A DNA stretch of 64,000 nucleotides from Nemertoderma westbladi (GCA_032718475.1 JAUCBJ010002291.1:1-64000), one strand, 5' to 3'. Shown: positions 12,934 to 25,700, counted from the first letter of the stretch. Notes: generated by a model from the sequence alone, not told the origin. Program-made: numbers and translations.

Positions 12934-15900
12934 AAATTCATCAACTAAATAAGTTATTGAGGGCTATAGCGCCTAGGGCACCATTGAAGGCAAAGGCTTG
13001 ATATGCATCTGCATTAGAGATGATACAAGCCCTGCCCTGTCTATACTGGATGCTCCTCTACCAGTGTTAGGTAACCTAACCCAGGAGGCACACTTGGTTC
13101 AGGGTATAACAAAAGGACCCCTACAGTCGGCAGCAGGGCTGTAGGCCATGGATAGGCAGAAGGTAATCAACCAATGGCTAGACATGCTGACAAGGTTGGC
13201 GGAAGGTAATCAACCAACGGTGACCTGCTGCAAAGACGCTTGTAGGAGTTGCGACCACAAGCGGTTTACTCCCGCAACTGAAAGATATGAGTATGAGAAC
13301 CCTCCAGGAGAAATACCGGCTCGGTCGTCGCCCGGGTCAACAAGGACTGCATCCCTCAGTGGTACACCATCCTGGGGTCGATAAATTGGCTACTGGAAAA
13401 AAAGACAGAGAAGAAAGAAGAACCAACCTGTTGAAATGTAAAAAGACACTAAAGATTGCTACAATGAACGCACGCACGCTGAAAGCACGTACCAAACAGG
13501 GTGACATGGTCGCTCTGGCATTGGAATATCACATCGACATCATCTGCATCCAAGAACATCGGATTTGTCATGAAGACACTGCCATGAAGTACAATGACAT
13601 TGGAAATGGATGGACGTTAGTAACAAGCTCAGCAGTAAGAAACTCGGCCAATGCATCAATTGGTGGAGTAGGAATTCTGCTAAGCCCATTTGCACTTAAG
13701 ACCCTAAACAACATCGAATCTATAAATTCCAGGGTTATGATCGCAACATTTGATGGGAATCCCAAGACAACAGTTATATGTTGCTACAGTCCAACCAATG
13801 CCTCAGAGCCAGAACAAGCAGTCAAGTTTTATGAAGATCTGACTGGACTTGTTAAGGACATTCCGAAACACAATGTTAAAGTCATTGCTGGTGACTTGGA
13901 TGCGCAAATTGGCCCAGAAGACATCAAGGGTTACACCTATAACACCAGTTCTAACAGAAATGGGTACTTTCTTTTGGACCTAATGGAAGAATGTGAATTG
14001 ATACCAACAAACAACACATTCGAAAAGAGTAAGGGGAAGCTATGGACCTTTCAATACCCTAATGGAACCAAAGCACAACTGGATTACATCCTTATAAACA
14101 AAAAACAGCTCGTTCAACCTAATTGTTTGAACCACAGAATTGTGACTGCAGAGATTAGACTCAATTTAATAGCCAGCAAACCCAGGACAAGCAAGCAAAT
14201 CATCTATGACTGGGAGAAACTCAGAACTGACAATGCTGTAAAGGATGCTTATACAGTAGAAGTTCAAAAACGCTTTGAAGCACTTCAGTCAATGGATGAA
14301 GACCAATCCACTGATTCAATATACCAGAATATAATAACAGCCCACAAGGAATCAGCTAAGAGGCATATCCCCCAGAAACCCAAATGAAAACAGTATGTGC
14401 CATGGCAAAACTCTGAGGTACTTGTAAGAGAGAAGATCTTAAGATAGCCTACAAAGTTAAAACCGAACAACCAACAACCGAAAACATTAACAAGGTTGAG
14501 AAAGCTAAGGACGATCTTAAATTGGCCTACAAGATCAGCTAGGAAAAGTACATACGGATAAAACTGAAGCAATTACAACTGCTCACATACAGCAACAATC
14601 AAGACTTACCTGGCAAACTGTAAATGAGATATCTGGTCGGAAAAGTTGTGCAAAGGGGCGCCCCAAACCCAATAGTCCTGAAGAACGTGTTGGGAAGTGG
14701 AAAAATCACTTCAGCAACTTGCTTGGGCAGCCACCAAACATCGAGGTCAGCCCTACAAGGAAAATATATGACAAGACACTACCTATAGAAACAGGGGACT
14801 TCACACCTGCCGAACTCCAAAGAAGCATTAAAAGCATGTCCAATAATAAAGTGAGTGGATTAGATGAAATCCCAGCGGAGGGCTAAACAGACCATTATTG
14901 AATGTTTTGCATGTTAAAAGGGGAAAAGCCACCACCAATTTGGACTAAAGGTCAACTAAAGCCTCTCCCCAAGAAAGGAGACCTCGGCATACCAACAAAT
15001 TATTGTGGGATCTGTCTGCTTGTGGTAGCTGCCAAAATATAAAATAAAATGATTCTATATAGGATTAGGCCTCACATAGAGAAACTACTGTGTAAGAGCC
15101 AAAACGGATTTCGACCAAGTAGATCAACAATAGCTCAGATACTTGCACTACGGAGACTGATTGAAGGAATTAAGTCAAAGAATCTCCCCGCAGTCATGAC
15201 TTTTGTGGACTTCAAGAAGGCATTCGACTCCATCAAATAGAGGTAAAATGCTTGAAATCCTAAGAGCTTATGGAATACCAGAAGTAATTGTTGCTGGCAT
15301 TGGATTGTTATATTGTGACACAGAAGCGCAGGTACTCTCACCAGATGGTGAAACTGAGTTTTTCTCAATCCTGGCTGGCGTACTGCAAGGTGACACATTA
15401 GCACCATTACTATAATTGTGCTGGATTATGCAATGAGGACAGCCACAAAGGGTGAAGATCTGGGATTCACACTTCAAGAACGCAGAAGTAGTAGATATCC
15501 GGCAACTACAGTCACAGACACCAACTTTACGGATGACATCGCCCTGCTCTCTAATACACTAGCAGATGCACAGCTTCTACTAAATAAAGTGGAGAGGGCT
15601 GCTAAGGAGGTTGGATTGCATATAAATGCTACCAAGACCGAATTCATGACCTTTACTGTTGATGGAAACTTGACAACCATTGATAATAATCAACTAAGGA
15701 AGGTTGATGACTTCCAGTACCTTGGATCATGGATAGAGAGTAGCAAAAAGGACGTAGAAGTTAGGAAAGCAAAGGCTTGGGTAGCTCTATCAAAAATGGA
15801 TACCATCTGGAAATCAGATCTCTCCAGGCACCTGAAGACTAAGTTCTTTCGAGCCACGGTGGAAAGTGTATTTTTATACGGGGGTGAGACCTGGACACTG

Positions 15901-16278
15901 ACTAAATCACTTGAATAACGAATTGATGGTTGCTACGTAAGACTACTAAGGGCAGCCCTAAACATCAGCTGGAGACAACACATGACAAACGCCGAGATTT
16001 ATGGTACAATACCACCTGTATCAACCACCCTCCGTGAATGCAGATTAAGATTCAGTGGGCACTGCTGGCGAAGTAAAGACGAGGTCATACCAGATCTACT
16101 TCTCTGGCAACCAACTCATGGAAAGCGTAGTCGTGGACGACCAGCCATAACATATATAGAGCAACTTGAAAGGGATACTGAACTTAGTAGAAACGAAATT
16201 GCGACAACTATGGAGAATCGGGAAGCCTGGAAGGATCTCATCTCCACTGTCCGAGTTCGCTCGACCCAGTAGTAGTAG
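12934..16278 (+). mobile_element. Full-length RTE-clade LINE (APE + RT), inactivated by stops and frameshifts
   Basis: APE motifs in ORF 13287-14387 (IATMNART, IQEHR, GGVG, CYSPT, AGDL, LDYIL); RT motifs QNGFR, FVDFKKAFDSI, GVLQGDTLAP, FTDD, YLGS; C-terminal GKRSRGRP; (AGT)n tail; ~3.3 kb. Confidence 0.93.
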
Positions 16279-16429
16279 TCTGCTACTTTCCGCCATCATT
16301 AATAATAAATACAACTTCAACTGGACTCCTTTCATTGGCTTCTCTACCGACACCTCCTCCCTAAGGAAATCTAGACGCAACCCTCATAACTCCCAGCTGC
16401 CTTTCTTCCGTAAGTCCACCTCTTAGCAA
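16279..16429 (+). repeat. Right copy of ~151 bp target-site duplication of the RTE
   Basis: Starts immediately after the (AGT)n tail; matches 12783-12933. Confidence 0.9.
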
Positions 16430-17214
16430 CATTTCTGGTACTGATCTCACCGGCTAGCCAACCTACTACCACATGAAGTCTACTTCACATGACATACAGG
16501 ACACAGCGATCTGTACTGGAACTTCTTCGTCTCCACTTATATGGAACGGAACCCCTGCACCTGGAGAATTTGATACATGTGTACAGCATGCTCAGCCAAA
16601 CCACCAGACCTCCGACAGCATCTTAACTGACAGCACCTTGATATCTTGACAGCACTTCAACTCAAAGTTGTATATTTACGGGCCCTTAAAACCCTTTAGC
16701 TTGTGCTGTAAATTTATATATATTATTATGATTATTATAATGTAGCAAGACCTAAACTCAAGAATCTAAAGCAAGCAAAGCATAGACAACACTGTTTTCA
16801 TCTGTTATTATTGTTATAAACAATGTCGTTTTTATCCGGAATCATGGCTGTCAACTTCATAGCATATCCACCACCACCCACCGTGATCCCACCAATAACC
16901 TGCTGCTCTGTTTTTTTGGAGCAACTGGAGTAACTCCGCCTATTCATTGGTGAGAAGATTCGTTCCTGGTGTATTTTGTGTTGTCATTAATTTTCCAAAG
17001 GCTTCCCGATCTATATGGGTAAGGAGGACTGCAATGTCAAACTGAGTTTGTTAGCTGCAGCTTGTTCGCTTGTTTTGTCATCGATTGTCATCGATTGTTT
17101 TGTGAGTTTAGCTGGTCACTGGTCACTAATTTAGAGATAGAAAAAGACACTCAAATTTAATGAGAGATAGTAATATTAATGAATGGAAGATTCTTTTAGT
17201 CTCATTAAGCCAAG

Positions 17215-17330
17215 GAATGCCTGTTCACCACCATCGGTGATCTTCCACAGTAAACCCTTCCACTTTGTTTCACAAGGTGCTTTGGTTCCCATTTATCGAC
17301 CACTAAAGGATGAAAGCCAGGGTTGGGCCA
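17215..17330 (-). mobile_element. Possible SINE core fragment
   Basis: Minus strand CTTTCATCCTTTAGTGGTCGATAAATGGGAACC resembles the CATCCTTCCGAGGTCGATAAATGAGTACC core of widespread metazoan SINEs; no A/B boxes seen. Confidence 0.35.
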
Positions 17331-17501
17331 GTAATATTAATGAGTAATGTATTAACTTTATAAATTAAATTAGTAATTTATTATTGGTAATTTTGTTGTC
17401 CATGTTAGCTTTGTTTGTATGGGTTAGTAACCCTGTAAGTAATCTTTATTTATAATTAGATACATAATTTTTAGTTGAAGTATATGTTATTAAACATTTA
17501 C

Positions 17502-17652
17502 CTGTAGATCTGCCAAGGAAATATCCCGGTTATGATGATGGAATTTGTGATGTCATCGAACCCATTCGCTCCCAAATCAGCTACGTTGCATCTTCGGTCA
17601 GCATCAGCGTCAACTTTGTATTCTGGAGCGTTACATGACATGAATGACCGAC
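17502..17652 (-). CDS. Exon 3 of secreted beta/gamma-crystallin-domain host gene
   Basis: Acceptor ttaattctcag, donor acag|gtaaat; 151 nt, phase 1 in and phase 2 out; (G)RSFMSCNAPEYKVDADADRRCNVADLGANGFDDITNSIIITGIFPWQIY. Confidence 0.85.
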
Positions 17653-17799
17653 CTGAGAATTAATTATAAAATACATAATTTCTCGTTGCATAGCAGATCA
17701 TCGATCAGAAATGACTTTCAATGCAGCATTTCAGACACCCGTTCCAATAATGTTAAATCGCAAAAAAATAAATATAGAAGTTTGATATATCTAGTTAGA

Positions 17800-19080
17800 T
17801 AAAATTATTTAATCCATTAAATTCAGAACGGCCACAAACCTCTGAAATTAGAGAAATAAGTTCTCACAAACCTTTAAATTATTGAATAGATTTTCAAAAT
17901 TTCGTGATAGCACCAAATTTTGCACACAGCACCGAAAAATACAAGTTTGATACGCTTGGTGCAACTCGTATATATTCTATCGAAACCAGAACCCATAAAA
18001 ACCCCTATTGCTCAAATAACAGGTTCAAAAAAACTTCTCAATATTTTTGAAAACCATTTTTAGTATTAGGAAGACAATAGATATTTAGGAATAGTTATAA
18101 AATTTCAGATTCCCAACTGCGTTTGTTTCAGAGTTTTAACAAAAAACCACCAATATTGACCCCCCAGGGGGGTTAATAGGGTTAAGGAATAAAATTTTAC
18201 ATCGGAGAACATAATAAAAAATCTGATGAAAAAAAAGACAAAGAGTAACCCCCCCCCCCCCCCCCCCGGGTTACTCTTTGTCTTTTTTTCATCAGATTTT
18301 ATTTAATGTGTTTTCCGATGTAAAATTTTATGGTGATTCCGAATCTGAAATCAGTTTTTCGGAATCAGTTGTTCAAATCGTTCAAAATCTGTTTGCGTTT
18401 TTTTGAAGCTCCTGGTGTCGCCAACAACGTACGATACTGCGAGATTTTTTTTTTTAATTATATCAAAAGTTACAGCATTTAAAACATCAAAATGCTAAAA
18501 TTACCCGAATTTTGAAAATACTAGAATTTTTAGGATATTTTGATATTTTAAATGCTGTAACTTTTGATAAAATTAAAAAAAAATAAATACGGTAGTATCG
18601 TTTGTTGGCGACACCTAGAGCTTTGATAAAACGCAAACATAATTAAAATCAGTAAAAAATTACGGAACTAGTTTCCCTACTAGTTCCGTAATTTTATGTA
18701 AAAAAAAAGATAAACCGAGAAAAACGTGTTTTAAATTTCCTTCTAATTAATTACAACTGTCCAAACATGCAACAAAAGTGAATTTTTTTTAAATTTTTCA
18801 AAAATTATCTTTTTTTGCAGTTTTGATACCTATAGGCTAATTTTTGGCGCTGCTTCCGAAAATGGCAAAATATTTCGACATTTCTGGGTGTTTATTGGTC
18901 TTTTTTGGTGTCAAAAAATTTAAATTAAAAATTTTCAAATTTTTGATGAAAATTACAAAAGTTGCTATAACTCGAGAACTAAACAACTTATCGAAAAACT
19001 GATTTCAGATTCGGAATCACCATAAAACATCGCAAAACATATTAAAAAAAAATCTGATGAAAAAAAGACAAGGGGTCAAC
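17800..19080. mobile_element. Non-autonomous DNA-transposon/MITE-like fragments with nested inverted repeats
   Basis: Inverted pairs 18190-18250/18268-18330, 18271-18362/18990-19075, 18392-18500/18540-18640; TTAACCCTATT end (minus) at 18175-18185; 17880-18030 matches 51060-51230. Confidence 0.6.
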
Positions 19081-19713
19081 CGTGACGGGATCCACCGGAG
19101 TTGGCAGTAATGAATTCCGACCGGTGTGTGTTATACGCGTCGCCGCATCCGTAGGCTGCTAAAGGTGTAGTCTGGATCTATATAGTTTCCCGAAGGCCGT
19201 TCAAATAACTGAGTTTTACTGTCAGTGTTTATAATCGCAGAATGCAATAATAGCACAGTCTGAATATAATAGCACAGTAGTGACGACGGTTAAAACTGTT
19301 CCGGTCTCACAACTGCATAGGACCCAACTGAACCAGTAATCAATAACTGCAATGGTTATATTATTATTAACACATACTAAATTAGCTCTACACTACTGAG
19401 TGGCCTGAGTGTCCAATAGATGCGCTCTAATCACTCCCAATGTGCTCTCCCACCCACCATTGGCTTAACCTGATTAATTGTCACCTCGCCACTCAATGTT
19501 GCCACTATCCCCACGTGCTAGCCTTACTAGCCTGTTTGTCCCTCTAAGGTGGTTTGACCTCTCAACTCTCCCTGTGGCTTATTACGGCGTATATCGCCTT
19601 AGTTGGTTGTGAGGTGACAATATTATTGCTAATGTCACCTCGCCAACTATAATTGGTAAAATGCTACTAATCCCATTTTCGGTGGGTAGTGCAGGGAATT
19701 GAATCCGCTTACA
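19081..19713 (-). repeat. 3' LTR of element A
   Basis: Direct repeat of 29961-30586; begins TGTAAGCGG on the minus strand right after the PPT. Confidence 0.92.
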
Positions 19714-20402
19714 CTCCCCTCCATGATATATTCCCGGTGAGAAGATAGCATCAACCTTAAGTGCGCTTCAATTCCACCGGAATCCAATCTAATATTGGAT
19801 GTGGGGTGGAATTCTCTTCTCAGGGTTGGCTTTCCAGGTCGGCCCCCATGGGTTTGTTATCACTACCCATCCTTGGCACACCTGCGAGCTAGGCTGTACC
19901 AAGGCATCTGGCATCTCTGTTTTAATCGATTGCCCTCACTCCTCACACAATTTTACCTCTCGGACTTTGTTGTCCCTTCCTCTCTCGCCAGTCCCTTGGG
20001 ACTCATCCCCCTCTATGCTCGCTCCCCACACTTGAATCTCGCACCTCTTTTACTTCTTCATACCCTAACACCTCCTCCCCATACTCCTCCCATACTCGAC
20101 CCGTTTTCGCTGTCACTCTCCTCACACTCTTATCGGGTCCCACGCATGTGTACAGCATGTCAGTGAGATCCGTCGTTGTCCCGTCCTCCTGTTTCAGTCA
20201 ATTAGTCGCCAGTCCCAGTAGCTAATTGGAAAAGGTTATATTCGACTATGATAGGTCTATACTGATTATATATTGGGTATGTATATTGATTATTTTACGT
20301 ACGTACATACTAATTGCACTTAATTAAATTGCACTTAGGAGTTTGTACTGCTGCGTCCATGTGGTGCCTTCCAGGCACATTGACATCCCCTGTCTTGGAG
20401 TT

Positions 20403-23002
20403 CTACATTGCTCCTCCCGCACCCTCCGGGAACCATCTAATTTCCTTGCCCCTATCATCATCCTGTCTGGACCGCTTCCTCCCTTCCTGTTTACCCTTGA
20501 GGATACTCATCCTCGCTGATACCATCTTACCAAGCCCCATTGTTGGTTCTTTGGGTGTGGGTGTTATTAAGTCCTGGTATCTCTTCGAAGGTGGTCCCAC
20601 TGAGTGTCCCTCCTGTCTCCCTCTGGTAGCGTCCCACAAGATCATCTTCATCGCACGCGGCATGTGTTCCCCCAGAAAGTCCCTGAATTCGATCCTATTT
20701 TCTGTCCAGATATCTTTGGGTATGGATGACCCCTCTGTACAATGTCGCTGTTGCTACCTCCTGATACGTGAATGGTAGTCTCCTCTTGGTGATCTGCTGG
20801 TGGGCTTCTATATTGATGTTGAAGAAACCCCACCGGAATTACTGGGCCATCATCCTTTGTCGTGTCATGACTCCGATGTCGGCCCACACCTCGAAAATCT
20901 GGAATTTCTCCTCATCGTCCATCCTCAAAGTGCCCTCTAAACTTGCACTTCAAACATCTGTTGTGCAACCTCGGACACGCACCCTTCTTGTGAGTAGACT
21001 CGTGGCAGTAAAGACACGCCATCCCCTTCAGGAAACGGTATAGATAGTTCTTTTGCTGATGGGTTAATCTCCCACAGCAATCGCAACCGTGCATCATTGT
21101 CTCCCGCCCCAAGTCATCCTTGGCTCCGCGTGGCCTCCTGGGTCTATGGAGCCGCTGGTAGGTAAACATCTGGATGTTGTCTTCTCTATCCATGTCGATA
21201 TCCTATGCCAACCTCGGCATCGTTTCTCCAAACACTATTCATGGTGCCGTCCCCGGCTGCTCACCCAGTCTCTGGTACTCGCCGCAAAGTCCATGGCCGG
21301 CTCCCTGTGCTCCCAGGTCCTCTTACCGGGTTTCTCCCAGAAGGCTCTCGCCCCGGTGGCCGTCACCACTCTCCCATCCACCCAGTCTGTGTCTGAGTGG
21401 CCGATCCTTGCTATCGGTGGCATAGACCCGAACTCGTCATCTTCTTCTTCCCCTGCCGGGGGCGCAATCCCCTCTATCGGTGGCATCCCACGAACTCGTC
21501 CTCTTCCTCTTCCCCTGCCGGAGCGTATCCAAACCCAGGAGCCCAGTTAATCCACTGTGTAAGGGACACAGTGGATTAACTGGTATCCGCCCATAGCCTT
21601 TCACCCTTCTACCTCCCTCGGTCTCTTCCTTCTGATGTCACCCTCAGAGCCTGCTGGCATGGGCATTCTTTACAACCCCGATGTTGACTGTGTCGGTGTC
21701 TCTTACATCCAACCCATCGTCCCCCAGCCAAAACTCGTCCGAGGTCTCCGACAACCCATCGTCTAAGTCCTGGGCTTCGAACTCATACTCCTCTCCCCTT
21801 ATATCCGCTTCTCTGCCCGCTGCCTCCCTTCTCTCTCTCCTGGCGACTTCCACTAGTCTCCTCTCCTCAACCCTATCCACCTCCAGTTTCCTCCATGTGT
21901 CTACCTCTCTGTCCACTAGATGTCAGGTATTGTAATATACCGACTCGCCCTTCAGCCCTGGGTGGTCTACAAGACCTTCTAGGGCCACCTTAAAGGCTCT
22001 CCTGTGATTCGGAGGTGCTCCTGATAGTAGAAACGCCGTCGGCTCCCTGCCCATAAATAGTCACCATAATGAATAGGTTTAATAAATCTATGATTATCCA
22101 ATCCTCCTGTAGGATATATCTCTTCTGATATATCTTTATCGCTCCCTTCCGGAAGTGGTATAGTTTCTCCTTTCCTGGTCTCGCTCCCCACTTGAGCGAG
22201 TTCGCAAGTTCTGCTCCATATTCTTCCCGGAACTTGTTCCAGTCCATCGGCTTGTGGCAGACGAGTCCCATCAGTTTTCCCATTGCCACGGCTCCGCTAT
22301 TTCCCGTGTTGTCCACCAATCCCAATCCCTCTGGTTTTGTCATAGCCATGTAGACTACCTGCATGTCCAGAAGATTGGAGGTTCCAGGTCCAATAATTCT
22401 ATCCGCGTCGTTGCGTATCGCCGATCCCACCTTGATCATAGTTTTCTGTCTCACTAGCTCCTGCACCGCCTTCAGTAACCGGTTTAACTTCGGCCCGCTT
22501 TTCTTTCTGTAGGTCCCTAGGTCGAATAGAAAAATATCTCCGTTCGGCACTGCTAAGTGCAGCAATATAGTTCTACCTGATCCTCCCGACCCCCTTCTCG
22601 AGCCCTCGTCATCCTCCACAGTCCCTTCGTCGTTTAGGACCATGTATCCACCCCTCTCCACAGAATTTACAAATCGCCTCCACTCCTTAAACGGTGGTTC
22701 CCTCGGTAATTTGGTATCCCGAACTTTGCCTCGTCCCCCTTTACAACGTAGCGAAGATGCTCGTCGATCGCGTTGTCCAATGACGGTGTCCTGTAGGTCC
22801 CGACCATTCGCCGCTCGTGCATCTCCCTAAACTGATCCTGTAGCGCGTGCACTTTGTGACCCTTTGGGAGTGGTTTGTAGTATCCCTTCGTCTTTTTTTC
22901 CGGATGCCTCTGCATGAAATCCACTAGCAACTCCTTCCTACTCTTCTCCGATTTCCTCTTCTTCACTAGTTTCACCGCCATCACGAATCTGCACACTCTC
23001 AC
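20403..23002 (-). pseudogene. Element A accessory gene (frameshifted): DEDDy 3'-5' exonuclease-like domain, acidic linker, Cys/His zinc cluster
   Basis: GGYMVLNDEG (ExoI-like), ILLHLAVPNGDIFLFDL, VQELVRQKTMIKVGSAIRND...LLDMQ (ExoII), YQKRYILQED (ExoIII-like); then CDCCGRLTH...CLYCHESTHKKGACPRLHNRCLKCKFRGH...FEVWADIGVMTR. Lies between pol remnant and 3' LTR, same strand as gag. Confidence 0.75.
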
Positions 23003-23382
23003 CTAACTGGTGGGGCCTTAGAAAGGCTCAGTTTAAGTAAGAGGGTCGTCAAACAGAATGTTATTAGTTCCGATCAGTGATGGCCTACCTCCTTTGCTGT
23101 GTTTTCCTGTAATTTCGTACAAAATTGCATTTCTAAATTTACAATTTTGTCCATTGCTTTTTATTAATGATTCTAGAATTCATTCCCCAGTTGCCATAAT
23201 TTGTTAATTTTTACTATTATTTATATTCCCCCTTACATGTGCTATTATACTATCTGCCATCTGATTACTTACTTAAGTAACCCATCCCAGTAACAGTTTT
23301 CTTATTACCGTACTAGCTTCATACCAGACAGTTTCCTGGCTCTGTAACAATAACCTAGGTCTGCAGGGGCTAGCAGGCAACC

Positions 23383-23905
23383 TAGGCGCCCTCAGTGCCC
23401 ACAAGTTTATGGTACTGTGTACCCCTCTACTATGGTATGCATACATACCCCCTCTCAATTCCTCACGTGGCGCCCTCAGTGCCCACAAGTTTACGGTACT
23501 GTATAACCCTCTATTACGTTATGCATACCCCCCCTCAATTCCTCACATGGCGCCCTCAGTGCCCACAAGTTTACAGTACTATGTACCCCTCAACTACGGT
23601 ATGCGTACATACCCCCCCTCAACTCCTCACATGGCACCCTCAGTGCCCACAAGTTTACGGTACTGTGTACCTCTCAACTATGGTATGCGTACATACCCCC
23701 CTCAACTCCTCACGTGTCACCCTCAGTGCCTACAAGTTTATGGTACTGTGTATCCTTCTATTACGGTATGCGTACATACCCCCACTCAACTCCTCATGTG
23801 GTGCCCTCAGTGCCCAGAAGTTTATGGTAATGTACCCTTCTGCTATGGTATGCGTACATACCCCCCCTCAACTCCTCACGTGGTGCCCTCAGTGCCCACA
23901 AGTAC
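23383..23905. repeat. Tandem array, ~6 copies of ~83 bp, inside element A
   Basis: CTCAGTGCCC(ACAAG) recurs at ~23391, 23476, 23556, 23639, 23723, 23806, 23888. Confidence 0.93.
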
Positions 23906-24061
23906 TGCGTATGTAAATTAGGTATGTTGGTACATTATTGTACCCATCTGATGTATGTAATTGTAACTACATATACCTATTTATTATATACGTTGGTACA
24001 TCCGTACCCATCAGATGTACATAATGCCTACCTGCAGCGTACCTTGGTACTAGCGTTTTAC

Positions 24062-25700
24062 TTATTTTATTTTATTATTTTGTTTTTGTGGGAAGGGTGT
24101 ATCTCCCTCATTCCCACCCCCCTCAGTCCATCTTATTGGACGACTCAACAACCTAAGGGCGATTCTTCCAGCAGGCAACTCTCCCACTGCCCCCCTGTAG
24201 GTCCTAGGTCCTCTTATTCTTCGCCCCACTCTCCTTTTCGATTTCAAATCTCTTGGATCTGACTTTCCTTTCTCCTCCATCCTAAAATCGGGTCCGTCAC
24301 CTCACTGATCTCATCATGGTCCCCTGGCAGCAAAATGCTACCCTTCATCTTGTCGTCACTTGGTGGTAGAATGCCGCCCTTCATGTCATCCTCACTGGTA
24401 CATGCCACCTTTGCTGGCCTCCCCCTCAATATGTGCGCCGGCGTTAAAGCCCCCGATGACCCTTGGTAATCCTTCGGTACGCATAATGGTTTACCATTTA
24501 ATGCCCCCTCGCACTCTGCCAGCCCCATGTGCAACACGTCTCCTCTAACTTTCCTATCTCCATTACCACCCTTCATTATTAGCTCCTCTCCCTTTGGATT
24601 AACCCTCTTACATCCTCCCCCTCTCCACCTTGTCTTCTTATTCGACCTCCTCTCTATCGGTATGCTTCTTAATTAGACCAGCGTCTCTTCCAGACATCTC
24701 TCTGGATATCTCGCCATCCACTCTTCTCCATCCTCATACCGATACTTGCCAGGAACATCTATCTCCCATCCCATCGCCTCTAGGTCCTGTGCGTTGAACC
24801 CATTCTCCTCCGCCCACTCCCTTGCTGTGACTTGTCGTCCTGTCTCCTCTACCAACAGTACTTCTCTGGATTCATCCTCCACCCTTTCCACTATACGTGG
24901 ATGCAGATCCATACCCATCCCTGACTCCTGGTGTCCTTCCCCGGGCTGCTTCTCATATGGGACCTCCCCATCACCCATCTTTGACTTCTGCTCGGGCCAC
25001 TTCCCATATAGGACCTCCCCATCGCCCGTCTTTGACTTCTGTTCAGGCTGTTTCCCATATGGGACCTCCCCATCGCCCATCTTTGGTTTCTGCTCTATGT
25101 CCTCAACAGTACCGGACAGCATGCATCCAGATGTTTCGGATACGCCAAACGGTGTCCTCGTCTTCATTGGGCCAGTGAGCATCCACCCAAATGGCGCGAG
25201 AATGGCCATCGGGTCTCTCTCTCTGTCATCGCTGAAAATGGTTTGTAGTCTCTCGTGGGCCGTCGGACAGTCCATGCTGACTATTAGAGACACTTTTGGG
25301 ACATCCAGTTCCGGTACGGAAAAGTCGATGTCTTCCAGGTACTTGTATTGCTCAATCTCGATCTTCGTAGGTCACCTGGCGTTAATGTTGATTGACTCTA
25401 TTATCTGAATGGTTTCGATTGTAGCCCCATAGGTGCACCCTGGCTTTATCGCTGCAATCTCGCATCGTCCCCTCCTCATCTTCATGACCTCATCTTTGCT
25501 TGAGATCGTGGTCACTGCTATTTTACTTGGCCTGGTTCGTAATCCTATCTTCTCGCCACCCAACTCTCTGTTAGCGTGAATGCTGCTCCACTATCGACCA
25601 ACATTAGTGTTGTAACCGATAGCTCATTCTCCCCTATTATTCTCACTGGTACCACTCCAAGTAGTACCATTCCCCTCTTCTTTGCTCCCATTGTGCTTGT
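24062..25700 (-). pseudogene. pol: Element A collapsed pol: aspartic protease + integrase C-terminal remnant, RT/RNase H absent
   Basis: VVPVRI...LMLVDSGAAFTL; LIVSMDCP...AILAPFGWMLTGP; LAECEGALNGKPL...LTPAHILRG; LPAGRIAL. No RT or RNase H motifs between them. Confidence 0.75.

Larger units (their letters stand above)
12540..16740 (+). mobile_element. Old LINE 3' fragment (CR1/Jockey-like) split by the RTE insertion (12540-12933 + 16430-16740)
   Basis: Joined halves read YADLLLLSTIINNKY...QHFWY*SHRLANLLP, typical of a LINE ORF2 C-terminus; ends in a TAT-rich tail. Confidence 0.45.

Noticed and set aside
16830-17035. Candidate exon after exon 3
   Set aside because: In-frame stops and no crystallin motif; 2574-2453 fits both phase and motif.
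20403-23002. Accessory ORF as an env gene
   Set aside because: No signal peptide, fusion peptide or transmembrane segment; motifs are nuclease and zinc-binding.
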